The notes beneath the pieces were generated by a model, which saw nothing but the letters and a program-made list of their open reading frames with translations, was not told the DNA's origin and searched no databases. This document shows, in pieces, positions 9,163-19,641 of a stretch of DNA of 64,000 nt. Source of the stretch: Bacilli bacterium (GTDB lineage: Bacteria > Bacillota_I > Bacilli_A > RF39 > UBA660); assembly GCA_017432825.1 (NCBI GenBank), contig JAFRIJ010000011.1:172279-236278 (forward strand). Direction: 5' to 3'. The first letter of the stretch is position 1. Every line of letters begins with the position of its first letter. Made by a program: the position numbers and the translations under genes.

Positions 9163-9660
9163 TAATAATCACTCATTTCTATGTAAAATTCGCATTCTTC
9201 ATTGCTATCTATTACTAAATAATTTATTTTAATATAGTTATTGTTTATCTCTATATTATTAGTTTTTATTTTAATTTTTAATATTAAATTACTATCTTTT
9301 AATAAGTAATTAGATAAATTAATATAATTTTTAGAAAAATATAATTTATGTTTTGTTTTTTCATTTTCTATTATTATTAATAATGGAGAATGATTTTTTT
9401 CTATCGTATATTTGTAATTTTCTATTTGAAATATTATTCTATTATCATTTTCTATTCCTATAGTATTAATGATATTAGAATTATTATTATTTTTTATATA
9501 TCCTGTTAATTTTTTCTTCGTAAAATCTCCTCCAATTTGTTTAATTCAGTAGACATTATATCATAAGTTTATGAAAAATAAAACTTATATTTATATTTTT
9601 TTTACTAATAATATAAATAGATAATTTTTTTGCTTATTTTATATAGAAAAGAGTGATTTT

Positions 9661-11622
9661 ATGAAAAGAAAAATAATTAATCTTATTATCATTTTATTAT
9701 CTAGTTTTTTTATATTTAATATTGGTTTGTATTTATATTGTTATATTACTCCTAAAGTTCCTCTTAAGAAAGTTAAATCTTATTATTTATATAATAATGA
9801 GGGTAATTTAATATTTAATGATAATAAGAATTGGATTGAGTTAGAAGATATAAGTAGATATTTAATAGACGCTACTATAGATATAGAAGATAAAAATTTT
9901 TATAATCATATGGGTTTTGATTATTTAAGAATATTAAAAGCTGCTATAAATAACATTAGAAATAAATCATTATCTGAAGGTGCTTCTACTATTTCTCAAC
10001 AATATGCTAGAAATTTATTTTTAAATTATGAAAAAACATGGTCTAGAAAGATAGATGAAGCATTAATGGCTGCTGAATTAGAAACTCATTATTCTAAGAA
10101 TGAAATATTAGAGGGATATTTAAATACTATAAATTATGGTGGAGTATATGGTATTGAAAATGCTAGTTGGTATTATTTTGGGCATAGTGCTAGTTCTTTA
10201 AATTTAGCCGAATCATCAATGTTAGCGGGTATTCCTCAATCTCCTTCTAATTATTCTCCTATTAGTAATCTTACCCTAGCTAAGAAAAGACAGGAAGTTG
10301 TATTAAAATCAATGTATAAAAATAATGATATTACATTAGATGAATTAAACACTTCTTTAAAAGAGAATCTTAGTTATATTGGAAAATTAAATCAAGGAAA
10401 TCTTAATAATGTTTTATATTTTAGAGATGCTGTTATTGAAGAATTAAATCATATTAATTCAATTCCTAAATCTGTAATAGATACGGGTGGATTAAAAATA
10501 TATACTACTTTAGATGAAAAAGCTCAAAAAAGTTTAGAAGATAGTGCTAATGATTATTTAGATATATCCTCTGATTTGGAATTTGCTGGTATGATGGTTA
10601 ATCCTGTTGATGGTGGAGTTCTTGCTATGATAGGTGGGAAGAATTATTCTATTAGTCAATACAATAGAGCAATTAAGGCTAAGAGACAAGTTGGATCTAT
10701 AATGAAACCATTATTATATTATTCTGCTTTAGAAAATGGATTTACTTCTGCTTCTACTTTTACGAGTGAAAAGACTACATTTAACTTTTCTAATAATAAA
10801 TCATATACTCCGAGTAACTATAATAATAAATATGCTAATGGTTCTATTACTATGGGAGCAGCTATTGCTTATTCTGATAATATTTATGCTGTTAAAACTA
10901 ATTTATTTATGGGAGAAAGCAATTTAATTAATATTGGTAAAAGATTAGGGATTAATAGTAAATTATCTCCTAATCCTTCTTTAGCGCTTGGTACTAGTGA
11001 AATATCTATGAAAGAGATGATTGATGCTTATAGTTCTTTTGCTAATGATGGATATAAGATTAATAGTCATTTTATTGATAAAATAGAAGATAGTAATGGT
11101 AATATTATTTATGAATATAATAAGATAAATATAGATAGTATTCTTAATCCTAATTTAACTTTTATTTTAAGTGAAATGTTGACTTATACATATGATACTT
11201 CATTCATTGATTATAATTATCCTACTCTTATTAGTTTATTACCTAAGATATCAAATAAGTATGCTTTAAAAAGTGGTACTACGGATACTGATAAATGGAT
11301 AATTGGATATAATAAGAATGCTGTTTTAGCATTATGGAATGGATATGATGACAATAAAAAAATTGATAGTTTAGAGGGAAACTATCAAAAAGATATTTGG
11401 ATTGATACAATGGAAAAATATTTAGATGATAAAGATAATTCCTGGTATGATATTCCTAAAAATGTTGTAGGGGTGTTATTAAATCCTATAAATGGTAATG
11501 TTGCTACTAAAGAAGATAAAAAATCTAAAATATTTTATTTTTTAAAAGGAACAGAACCTTCTATTAATAACAATGATTTTGAAGCTGTATTTAAGGAAGA
11601 AAATAATATTATTAAAGAATAA
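9661..11622 (+). CDS. Class A penicillin-binding protein (GT51 transglycosylase plus transpeptidase)
   Basis: N-terminal TM. GT51 motifs EDKNFYNHMG, GASTISQQ, RKIDE and KNEILEGYLN. Transpeptidase motifs S-I-M-K, SDN and KSGTT. Confidence 0.85.
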   Translation: MKRKIINLIIILLSSFFIFNIGLYLYCYITPKVPLKKVKSYYLYNNEGNLIFNDNKNWIELEDISRYLIDATIDIEDKNFYNHMGFDYLRILKAAINNIRNKSLSEGASTISQQYARNLFLNYEKTWSRKIDEALMAAELETHYSKNEILEGYLNTINYGGVYGIENASWYYFGHSASSLNLAESSMLAGIPQSPSNYSPISNLTLAKKRQEVVLKSMYKNNDITLDELNTSLKENLSYIGKLNQGNLNNVLYFRDAVIEELNHINSIPKSVIDTGGLKIYTTLDEKAQKSLEDSANDYLDISSDLEFAGMMVNPVDGGVLAMIGGKNYSISQYNRAIKAKRQVGSIMKPLLYYSALENGFTSASTFTSEKTTFNFSNNKSYTPSNYNNKYANGSITMGAAIAYSDNIYAVKTNLFMGESNLINIGKRLGINSKLSPNPSLALGTSEISMKEMIDAYSSFANDGYKINSHFIDKIEDSNGNIIYEYNKINIDSILNPNLTFILSEMLTYTYDTSFIDYNYPTLISLLPKISNKYALKSGTTDTDKWIIGYNKNAVLALWNGYDDNKKIDSLEGNYQKDIWIDTMEKYLDDKDNSWYDIPKNVVGVLLNPINGNVATKEDKKSKIFYFLKGTEPSINNNDFEAVFKEENNIIKE

Positions 11623-11623
11623 A

Positions 11624-11650
11624 AGAAGTAGAAATTATTTTTCTACTTCT
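11624..11650. terminator. Bidirectional terminator (11-bp perfect stem AGAAGTAGAAA/TTTCTACTTCT) shared by the convergent PBP and parB-like genes
   Basis: Perfect 11-bp inverted repeat with a 5-nt loop that contains the parB-like stop codon; A/T runs flank it. Confidence 0.6.
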
Positions 11651-12942
11651 ATATTTATTTTATAACTTGTGGCTTCTTCATTTTCTGTAACGTTAATTTT
11701 ATATCCTAATAATTCCATATTTGTAGTAATACTCTTTATCATATTAATAATTGGTGTTATATCTTTGCTTTCTGTATTATTTAAATTTGGAATACTATTT
11801 AAATCAAATTCTGGATTTAATGTTTCGTTAGTTGGTATTGGATTTTCTACATTTATATTTGGATTGATTGATGGTACTTCATTAGGTACTTCCATATTAT
11901 TTAGTCCTGACTCTATTGTTGTTTGTTCTTGATAATTATTTTGAAATGATAGCGGATTTGTCATTGATGGTACCTCATTATAATTACTTTGTTCTACTGA
12001 AGTAGATGATGTTTGATCTGTATTATTAAATGTTGGTATGTTTACTTCAGGACTTGGTGTTGGATCTACATTATTAAATGTTGGTATGTTTGCTTCAGGG
12101 CTTGGTATTGGATTTGCATTATTAAATGCTGGAATATTGGTTTCAGGTGTTGGTTCACTAAAATTTGGAATTGGAGCAGGTTCTACATTAATATTTGGTT
12201 GTATATTATTTAAATCTTGATTTGGTATTTGTTGATTAAGTCCATTCACTATGTTATTTGATTCTTCCATTGATGGAAAAAATCTTCCTCCAAATGCTGG
12301 CTCTGTATTCATTCCTTGTCCTAAATTTTGTTCTAATCCATTATTAATATTGTTATCCATACTTTGATTTTCATTCATTTCTATTCTTTCCCTTCTTATT
12401 TCATTTTTATCTAATTCTGATAAATTAATTATGTCATTATTTATCAAGTTATTATTTACTTCTGTTTCATTGTTTAATGAATTTTTTAATATTTGGTTGC
12501 TATTATTATTATGTTTCTTTATTAATTTTAGTTTTGAATAGATTCTGTCAATTGGAATACCAAGTGTTATACTTAATTTTTCAACATTAGTATTAGGGTA
12601 GGAGATAGCTTTATCATATAATGATGCTTCTTCTTTTCCTGTCAATTCTTTTCTCTGAACATTATTTGTTATAATCATATTTATTGCTTGTTCATCAGTT
12701 ATGTTTTCAACTATAACTGGTACTTTATCCATACCTATACTTTTAGCAGCGTTATACCTTCTATTTCCAATTATTATTTCATATTTATCATCTTTTTTTC
12801 TTACAATTAGTGGTTCTAATATTCCTAATTGTTTTATTGAATTTGCTAGATTATCAATGTTATCATTTTGAAATTCTAGATGAGCATGAAATTCACTGGG
12901 TATTAATTCTGCTATAGGTATATACGTAATTGTATTACCCAT
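11635..12942 (-). CDS. Divergent ParB/Noc-like protein: ParB N-terminal domain plus HTH plus a long Pro/Asn-rich repetitive tail
   Basis: ParB N-domain (ILEPLIVRKKDDKYEIIIGNRRYNAAKSIGMDKVPVIVE) carries GNRR in place of GERR. An HTH follows. About 200 aa of low-complexity repeats (NIPAFNNANPIPSPEANIPTFNNVDPTPSPEVNIPTFNN). Position next to rsmG is as in Clostridia. Confidence 0.7.
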   Translation of the reverse strand: MGNTITYIPIAELIPSEFHAHLEFQNDNIDNLANSIKQLGILEPLIVRKKDDKYEIIIGNRRYNAAKSIGMDKVPVIVENITDEQAINMIITNNVQRKELTGKEEASLYDKAISYPNTNVEKLSITLGIPIDRIYSKLKLIKKHNNNSNQILKNSLNNETEVNNNLINNDIINLSELDKNEIRRERIEMNENQSMDNNINNGLEQNLGQGMNTEPAFGGRFFPSMEESNNIVNGLNQQIPNQDLNNIQPNINVEPAPIPNFSEPTPETNIPAFNNANPIPSPEANIPTFNNVDPTPSPEVNIPTFNNTDQTSSTSVEQSNYNEVPSMTNPLSFQNNYQEQTTIESGLNNMEVPNEVPSINPNINVENPIPTNETLNPEFDLNSIPNLNNTESKDITPIINMIKSITTNMELLGYKINVTENEEATSYKINIEVEK

Positions 12943-13024
12943 AATATCCCTCTATCCTTCTACTATATATAGAATACACTAAAATTTCTATTTTTTCAAT
13001 AAAAAAAGAAAAAAATGTTTATAT

Positions 13025-13726
13025 TTACAAATTTTTCTTTTTTATTTCATTATATTTTCTTGGATATATTAAATTAGTAGGAGATGTTTTTTTATATTTT
13101 ATTAATGTTCTATAACTATTTTCAATGGGTAAATTAAATTCAATTCTATCTATTTCTTTAATATTTAATTTTTTTTCATAGTTATTAATTCCTATTAATT
13201 CTTCTTTTATATTACCTTTCATAGCAATATAATATCCATTAACTTTTACTAATGGTATAGAATACTCAAGTAGGTGTTTTAGTGGTGCTACTGCACGTGA
13301 TGTTACTATATCATATTTTTCTCTTACATTTTTACTGTATATTTCTGCTCTTTTATTAATAACTTCTATTTCTTTTAGTTTTAATTTTTCTATTACTATA
13401 TTTAAGAAATTGCATTTTTTTAGTGTTGAATCTATTAATGTGACTTTTAAATTAGGATACATTATTTTTAATACTATTCCTGGGAAACCTGCTCCTGTAC
13501 CTATATCACATAGTGCTTGATTATTCAATTTTATTATTTTTAATATAGTTAGAGAATCATAAAAATGTTTTAAGTATACATCTTCTTTATTAGTAATAGA
13601 GGTAAGATTATATTTTTTATTTTCTTCTATTAATAAATTATAATAATTTTCTAGTTGTTCTAATTGATAATCTGTTATATTAATATCTATTTTTTTTAAT
13701 TCTTCAATAAATAATTCTTTATTCAT
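13025..13726 (-). CDS. rsmG: 16S rRNA (guanine527-N7)-methyltransferase
   Basis: SAM motif DIGTGAGFPGIVLKI; about 233 aa; classic position downstream of mnmG. Confidence 0.9.
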   Translation of the reverse strand: MNKELFIEELKKIDINITDYQLEQLENYYNLLIEENKKYNLTSITNKEDVYLKHFYDSLTILKIIKLNNQALCDIGTGAGFPGIVLKIMYPNLKVTLIDSTLKKCNFLNIVIEKLKLKEIEVINKRAEIYSKNVREKYDIVTSRAVAPLKHLLEYSIPLVKVNGYYIAMKGNIKEELIGINNYEKKLNIKEIDRIEFNLPIENSYRTLIKYKKTSPTNLIYPRKYNEIKKKNL

Positions 13727-15602
13727 TATATTTCTTCCTTAAATATACCATTAGAATAGATATATCTGATGGATTAACTCCACTTATTCTCATAGCTTGA
13801 CCTATAGATGTAGGTCTTACTTCGTTTAACTTTTGCTTTGCTTCACTTGCAAGATTAGTTATTTTATTATAATCTATATCTTCTGGTATTTGTTTTTCTT
13901 CTTGTTTTAACATTTTTTCTGCTTCTCTTTCTACTTTTTTTATGTATCCTTCATATTTTATTTGTATTTCTACTTGTTTGTTTACATCGTCATTATATTT
14001 CTTAGTTATTAATTTTTCTTTAAATAGTGTATCTATAGTAATTTCAGATCTTTTTAATAAATCATATATTGTTATTCCATCTTTTAATATTGGAGAATTA
14101 TACTTACTTAGTATTTCATTATTCTCTCTAGTAGGGAATATCTTATTATTTTTAAGATAATCTTTAAAGTTATTTATATTATTTAGCTTTTCTTTAAATT
14201 TATTGTATCTTACTTCATCTATTAATCCTACTTTATATCCGTATTCTCTTAATCTAATATCAGCGTTATCACTTCTTAATAATAGTCTATATTCTGCTCT
14301 AGATGTTAGCATTCTATATGGTTCTATTGTCCCTTTAGTTACTAAATCATCTATTAATACTCCTGTATAAGCTTCATTTCTTTTTAAGATTAATGGTTTT
14401 TTATTTTCTAGTTTCATACAAGCATTTATTCCTGCTATTAATCCTTGACATGCTGCTTCTTCATAACCACTAGTTCCATTTATTTGTCCTGCAGTAAAAA
14501 GATTATTTAATATTTTTGTTTCTAAGGATGCTTTTATTTGAGTAGGGTAGATGGCATCATACTCTATAGCATAGGCATACTTTAGTATTTTAGCTTTCTC
14601 TAATCCTGGAAGAGAATGTACCATTTTTTCTTGTATATCTTCTGGCATGCTTGTTGAAAATCCTTGTACGTATATATCATCATAATATATGCTTTCTGGT
14701 TCTAAAAACAATTGATGTTTTTCTTTATCTTTAAATCTAGTTAGTTTATCTTCTATAGATGGACAATATCTAGGTCCTATACCTGTTATATCATCTAAAC
14801 CTCCATACATACTGGATTTATTTAAATTTTCTAATATTATTTTATGAGTTTCAGGTGTTGTATATATTAAATGACATGGTATTTGATTATTTACATCATA
14901 TAATGGTTTATCTAGGTCATGAGAGAAAGTATATGGTATATTATCTCCATCTTCTTTTTTTGTTTTGGAAAAATCTATTGATGATTTTTCTATTCTTGGT
15001 GGTGTTCCTGTTTTTAGTCTTAGTATATCAAAACCATAACTTTTTAATTTATCACTTAGATGCATAGATGTTTTTTCTCCGTTAGGTCCACTTCTTGTTC
15101 TAGTAGAGCCTCTTAATATATCTGCTTTTAAATATGTTCCAGTTGTTAAAATAACTATATTTGATGTTATTTTTTTATTATCTGATAAAATAATTCCTTT
15201 TACTATATTGCTTTCTACTATTAAGTCTTCTACCATTCCTTCTAATATGGTTAAATTCTTTTGATTCTTTAGAGTTCTTAGCATATTTTGTGGATATGTT
15301 ATTTTATCTGCTTGTGCTCTTAAAGAATGTACTGCTGGTCCTTTAGATGAGTTTAACATTTTCATTTGTAATAGTGATTTATCTGCATTTATTCCCATTT
15401 CTCCGCCTAAAGCATCTATTTCTCTTACTATTATACCTTTAGCAGATCCTCCTATAGATGGATTACATGGCATTGTTGCTATATTATTTATATTTCCTGT
15501 TATAAGTAAGGTTGAATGTCCTATTCGAGCTCCTGCTAAGGCTGCTTCACATCCTGCATGTCCTCCACCTACAACTATTATTTCATAATCCATAGTTATC
15601 AC
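13719..15602 (-). CDS. mnmG: tRNA uridine 5-carboxymethylaminomethyl modification enzyme MnmG (GidA)
   Basis: FAD-binding motif YEIIVVGGGHAGCEAA; 627 aa; conserved throughout. True start is probably the MDYEII Met. Confidence 0.95.
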   Translation of the reverse strand: MITMDYEIIVVGGGHAGCEAALAGARIGHSTLLITGNINNIATMPCNPSIGGSAKGIIVREIDALGGEMGINADKSLLQMKMLNSSKGPAVHSLRAQADKITYPQNMLRTLKNQKNLTILEGMVEDLIVESNIVKGIILSDNKKITSNIVILTTGTYLKADILRGSTRTRSGPNGEKTSMHLSDKLKSYGFDILRLKTGTPPRIEKSSIDFSKTKKEDGDNIPYTFSHDLDKPLYDVNNQIPCHLIYTTPETHKIILENLNKSSMYGGLDDITGIGPRYCPSIEDKLTRFKDKEKHQLFLEPESIYYDDIYVQGFSTSMPEDIQEKMVHSLPGLEKAKILKYAYAIEYDAIYPTQIKASLETKILNNLFTAGQINGTSGYEEAACQGLIAGINACMKLENKKPLILKRNEAYTGVLIDDLVTKGTIEPYRMLTSRAEYRLLLRSDNADIRLREYGYKVGLIDEVRYNKFKEKLNNINNFKDYLKNNKIFPTRENNEILSKYNSPILKDGITIYDLLKRSEITIDTLFKEKLITKKYNDDVNKQVEIQIKYEGYIKKVEREAEKMLKQEEKQIPEDIDYNKITNLASEAKQKLNEVRPTSIGQAMRISGVNPSDISILMVYLRKKYNE

Positions 15603-15619
15603 TTCTTTTCTAATCGTTA

Positions 15620-16972
15620 CTATTTTCCTAAACAGAATCTAGAGAATAAGTCGTCTAATAGTTCATCTGTATAGGTTTCTCCTATAATTTCTCCTAATAA
15701 TTCCCAGGCATTTTTAATATTTAATTCTACTATATCTATTGGTTCATTATTATTAATGGAATTAATACTTTCTTCTATTTTGAATAATGATTTTTTTAAT
15801 AAAGATATACTTCTAGCATCACTTAAGTAAGTTAAATCTTCTGTTTGTAATTCTCCTAAATTAAATAATTTAATTATTCTTTCTTTTAATTCATCTATTC
15901 CTTTATTGTTTACTATGCTTATTTTTATTATATCTTTTGGTAATTTAGAATAGTCTAGTTTGTTATCTAAATCTATTTTATTAGATATTATTATATGTTT
16001 TTTTTCTTTAATAATATTTATTAATTCTTTATCTTCTTTTGTAAGTTCTTCATTATTATTTAATATCATTATAATTAAATCAGAAGTATTAATTATTTCT
16101 TTGCTTTTTTCTACACCTAATTTTTCTACTATATTAGTTGTTTCTCTTATTCCTGCAGTATCTGTTATATTTAATAGTATTCCATTTAAATTAATTGTTC
16201 CTTCTACTATATCTCTTGTTGTTCCTTCTATATCTGTTACTATTGCTTTTTCTTCTTCTAATAAATTATTGAGTAGGCTACTTTTACCTACATTAGGTCT
16301 ACCTATTATTCCTACTTTTAATCCTTCTTTTATAACTTTAGAATCTTCTGATTTTTTTATAGTTTTATTTATTTTTTCTTTTATATTTAATAATTTTGGT
16401 AATAATTTTTCATTTGTTACTATTTCTATATCATCATATTCTGGATAATCTATATTTACTTCTATATTGGATATTATTTCTACTATATCTTTTCTTAAAT
16501 CTTTAATTAAATTAGATACTTTGCCACTTATTTGATTTATAGATAGTTTTCTTGCTTTATCTGATTTAGAAGATATTATGTTCATAATTCCATCTGCTTC
16601 TATTAAATCTATTCTTCCATTTAGGAATGCTCTTTTTGTAAATTCTCCAGGCTCTGCTAATCTTGCTCCATTTAATAGTAATAATTCTAGTATTTTATTA
16701 GTAGGCGCTATACCTCCATGACTATTTATTTCTACTATATCTTCTCTTGTAAATGTTTTAGGACTTTTCATTACAGATACTAATACTTCATCTATTATTT
16801 CTTCATTATTAATGATATATCCATAATGTATTGTGTGAGTATCTACTTTGGATAGATCTTTTCCTTTAAATATTTTATTTACTATATTTATACTATCATT
16901 TCCACTTACTCTTATTATAGATATTGCTCCAACTCCTTGAGCAGTAGATATTGCTGCTATAGTATCATCCAT
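15620..16972 (-). CDS. mnmE: tRNA modification GTPase MnmE (TrmE)
   Basis: N-terminal MDDTIAAISTAQGVGAISIIRVSG. G-domain GRPNVGKSSLLN...DTAG. C-terminal CLGK. AAGGAGG RBS sits 8 nt before the ATG at 16972; the ORF track extends upstream through the RBS. Confidence 0.95.
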   Translation of the reverse strand: MDDTIAAISTAQGVGAISIIRVSGNDSINIVNKIFKGKDLSKVDTHTIHYGYIINNEEIIDEVLVSVMKSPKTFTREDIVEINSHGGIAPTNKILELLLLNGARLAEPGEFTKRAFLNGRIDLIEADGIMNIISSKSDKARKLSINQISGKVSNLIKDLRKDIVEIISNIEVNIDYPEYDDIEIVTNEKLLPKLLNIKEKINKTIKKSEDSKVIKEGLKVGIIGRPNVGKSSLLNNLLEEEKAIVTDIEGTTRDIVEGTINLNGILLNITDTAGIRETTNIVEKLGVEKSKEIINTSDLIIMILNNNEELTKEDKELINIIKEKKHIIISNKIDLDNKLDYSKLPKDIIKISIVNNKGIDELKERIIKLFNLGELQTEDLTYLSDARSISLLKKSLFKIEESINSINNNEPIDIVELNIKNAWELLGEIIGETYTDELLDDLFSRFCLGK

Positions 16973-17060
16973 AATATTACCTCCTTTTTCTTCAATTATT
17001 TTAACATACATTTATTTATAATAAAAGTATTTGTTAACAAAAAAAGAACTATTGAGTTCT

Positions 17061-17654
17061 TTAATCGTTTAATTTGTTTTCTACTTCTTCCCAAGTCTTA
17101 CCAATATATTCTAATGTATAATATTCTTTTCCGTCTATATTTAATTTAATTTTTTTTGAATCTATTTCACTTATATCTAATTTTATTATATATGTTGCAT
17201 CGTCTTTTTCTTCCATACAAACATCTCCATTACTTTCGTGACATCCTTTACTAAATACTGTTAGTTCATATATATTATTAGAATTATATTTTATATTATT
17301 TATTTCACCATATATTCCTCCATCAGTTTGATATCTACCATAACTAAATCCTTTATTACCTATACTAGACATATATTTACTATTATTATTAGTATGATAC
17401 CATATTCCTGTTACCATATTTAATAATTCTTGATCAGTATATATTTTAGTTTGTTCTTCTATTTTTTCTTCTGTTTTATTTATAATATCTTCTGTTTTTT
17501 CAATTATTTCTTTAGTTTTTCCTTCTACTTCTTTTTCTTTTTTATTAAATGATATTGTTTTTGTTTCAAACAAAGCAATAAATACTAGTAGCATTACTAT
17601 AATACCTATTAATAAACCAATTATAACTCCATTATTATTATTTTTATTTTCCAT
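17061..17654 (-). CDS. Hypothetical membrane-anchored protein (197 aa), inserted between jag and mnmE
   Basis: Good RBS (AGGAGAA). N-terminal TM (GVIIGLLIGIIVMLLVFIALF), followed by a Lys/Glu-rich linker and a globular C-domain. No family recognised. Confidence 0.6.
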   Translation of the reverse strand: MENKNNNNGVIIGLLIGIIVMLLVFIALFETKTISFNKKEKEVEGKTKEIIEKTEDIINKTEEKIEEQTKIYTDQELLNMVTGIWYHTNNNSKYMSSIGNKGFSYGRYQTDGGIYGEINNIKYNSNNIYELTVFSKGCHESNGDVCMEEKDDATYIIKLDISEIDSKKIKLNIDGKEYYTLEYIGKTWEEVENKLND

Positions 17655-17710
17655 ATCGATTCTCCTTTATTTTATTATACAAAAAAGAATAAAAAAAAGC
17701 AACTTGTAAG

Positions 17711-18331
17711 TTACTCTTCTTTATTATCTTCTTTTGGTTTAATTACTACGCATCTATTTGGTTCTTCACCAACAGATTCAGTATAAACATATTTATTATT
17801 GGATAGAATGTTATGAATAGCTCTTCTTTCATATGAATTCATTGGTTCTAATTTAGCTTCTACTTTAGTCATTTTTACTTCTCTTGCTACTTGTTTAGCC
17901 ATTCTTTCTAGGTTATTTATTTTTCTATCTTTATAGTTTTCAATATCTAATACTATTTTATAAATATTATTCACTTCTTGTGGTACTATTTGTCTTATTA
18001 TATTTTGAAATGCTTCTAGGTTTTTACCATTTTTTCCTATTAAAATAGAATTCTTATCTGAATATATTTCTATTATTATATTTTTTTCTCTTCTTTTTAT
18101 TTCTAGGTTGCATTCTATATTCATTAATCCTGTTATTTCTTTTACACTATCTTTTAAATATGTAATTACATCATTTAAATTAATTACGTTTATTTTAACT
18201 TCTTTTTTTAGTAAACCTTGTTTTTCTGATACTACTTTTACTATTATGTCTTCTTCAGTAGTTTTTAATTCTGTTAATGCTTTTTCTATTGCTTCTTCTT
18301 TTGTTTTTCCTGTAAAAATGTTTTCTTTCAT
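17711..18331 (-). CDS. jag: RNA-binding protein Jag/KhpB (KH plus R3H domains)
   Basis: Domain architecture and its position downstream of yidC. Confidence 0.85.
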   Translation of the reverse strand: MKENIFTGKTKEEAIEKALTELKTTEEDIIVKVVSEKQGLLKKEVKINVINLNDVITYLKDSVKEITGLMNIECNLEIKRREKNIIIEIYSDKNSILIGKNGKNLEAFQNIIRQIVPQEVNNIYKIVLDIENYKDRKINNLERMAKQVAREVKMTKVEAKLEPMNSYERRAIHNILSNNKYVYTESVGEEPNRCVVIKPKEDNKEE

Positions 18332-19251
18332 TAGTCTGCCTTCTTTCTTTCTACTAATTTATTTTGGAATATTGTGAATACACTTGATGTTATCCAATAT
18401 ATTCCTATGGCTGCTGGTAGAGAGAATGATGCTACTACTATCATTGCCATCATAAAATATAGTGTATATTTCATTTGTCCTGCTTGAGGTCCTGATTGAT
18501 CTTTCATTGTTTTTCTAAAAGAGAAAAATGATGTTAGGAAAATTAATATTAACAATAATATATACCAATAATTCTTATTTGTTAATATTCCTACCCATGG
18601 TGTTGTACCCATTTGAAATACTAAAAAATTATTTTCAAATATTGCTGGTGTTCTATTTATTGCTTCTAAAAATGCTAATAAAAGTGGTAATTGAATAAAT
18701 GCAAGTAAACATCCAGACATTGGATTTATTTTATATTTTTGATAAATAGCCATCATTTCTTGGGCTTTTCTTGTTTGATCTTCTTGACTATCTTTTCCTT
18801 TATATTTCTTTTCTAATTTTTCTAATTCTGGTTGAGCTTTTTTTATTAATTCTGATTGAACTACTGTTTTCTTCGTTACTGGCATAAGTAAAAGTCTTAT
18901 TAATAAACAAGTAATTATTATTGATAAACCATAACTTTTTAGTAGTATTCCTATTTTTATTATTAGCCATGCTAAAGGTTTTACAAATAAACTTGTCCAT
19001 AATCCTTCATAATTAGAAAATGGAGTAAAGTTTTTACATTCTGGTATTTTATCTAATTTTACTTTGTTATCTTCATATATTTTTATTACTTCTTTATTTG
19101 TAGGTTTACAAATAATGTTAGAAGTTATTGATTGTCCAGTTTTTTCATTAATTATTGTTTTTTTGTTATCGTCTTTTAGATATTTTGTACATCCTGTTAG
19201 TAGTAGTACGCAAGATAATATTATAAATACTTTTAGTGTTTTATTTTTCAT
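18331..19251 (-). CDS. yidC: Membrane protein insertase YidC/OxaA (lipoprotein type)
   Basis: Lipobox LLTGC. Conserved YidC core. Follows rnpA as in all Firmicutes. Confidence 0.9.
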   Translation of the reverse strand: MKNKTLKVFIILSCVLLLTGCTKYLKDDNKKTIINEKTGQSITSNIICKPTNKEVIKIYEDNKVKLDKIPECKNFTPFSNYEGLWTSLFVKPLAWLIIKIGILLKSYGLSIIITCLLIRLLLMPVTKKTVVQSELIKKAQPELEKLEKKYKGKDSQEDQTRKAQEMMAIYQKYKINPMSGCLLAFIQLPLLLAFLEAINRTPAIFENNFLVFQMGTTPWVGILTNKNYWYILLLILIFLTSFFSFRKTMKDQSGPQAGQMKYTLYFMMAMIVVASFSLPAAIGIYWITSSVFTIFQNKLVERKKAD

Positions 19252-19579
19252 TTTTTTCTCCTATCTTTTTTACTAATTCAATAAAATGTTTTTCCATTTC
19301 TTGATAATTTAGTTCTAGTAATCTCTTTCTACTTATTATAACATAATCATATGTTTTTGGTATAATAAATTTATTTATATCTATAATATTTTTTATTCTT
19401 CTTTTAATTTTATTTCTTATTACTGCTTTTCCGGTTTTAGTTGGTATAGATACTCCATATCTATTATCTTTATTATTTTTTCTATAATAAATTGTATAAT
19501 AATCGTTTTTTTTATAGTTACAATTATTTATTATGTCTGTAAATTCATTTTTGCTTTTTATTATATTTATTTTTTTCAT
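19241..19579 (-). CDS. rnpA: Ribonuclease P protein component
   Basis: 112 aa basic protein immediately downstream of rpmH; basic motifs NRYGVSIPTKTGKAVIRNKIKRRIK. Confidence 0.85.
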   Translation of the reverse strand: MKKINIIKSKNEFTDIINNCNYKKNDYYTIYYRKNNKDNRYGVSIPTKTGKAVIRNKIKRRIKNIIDINKFIIPKTYDYVIISRKRLLELNYQEMEKHFIELVKKIGEKNEK

Positions 19580-19641
19580 ATAACCTCCTTATATATAATA
19601 TAGGAAAGATTTTTTTATTAAAAAAAAAGCACATGGTATTA

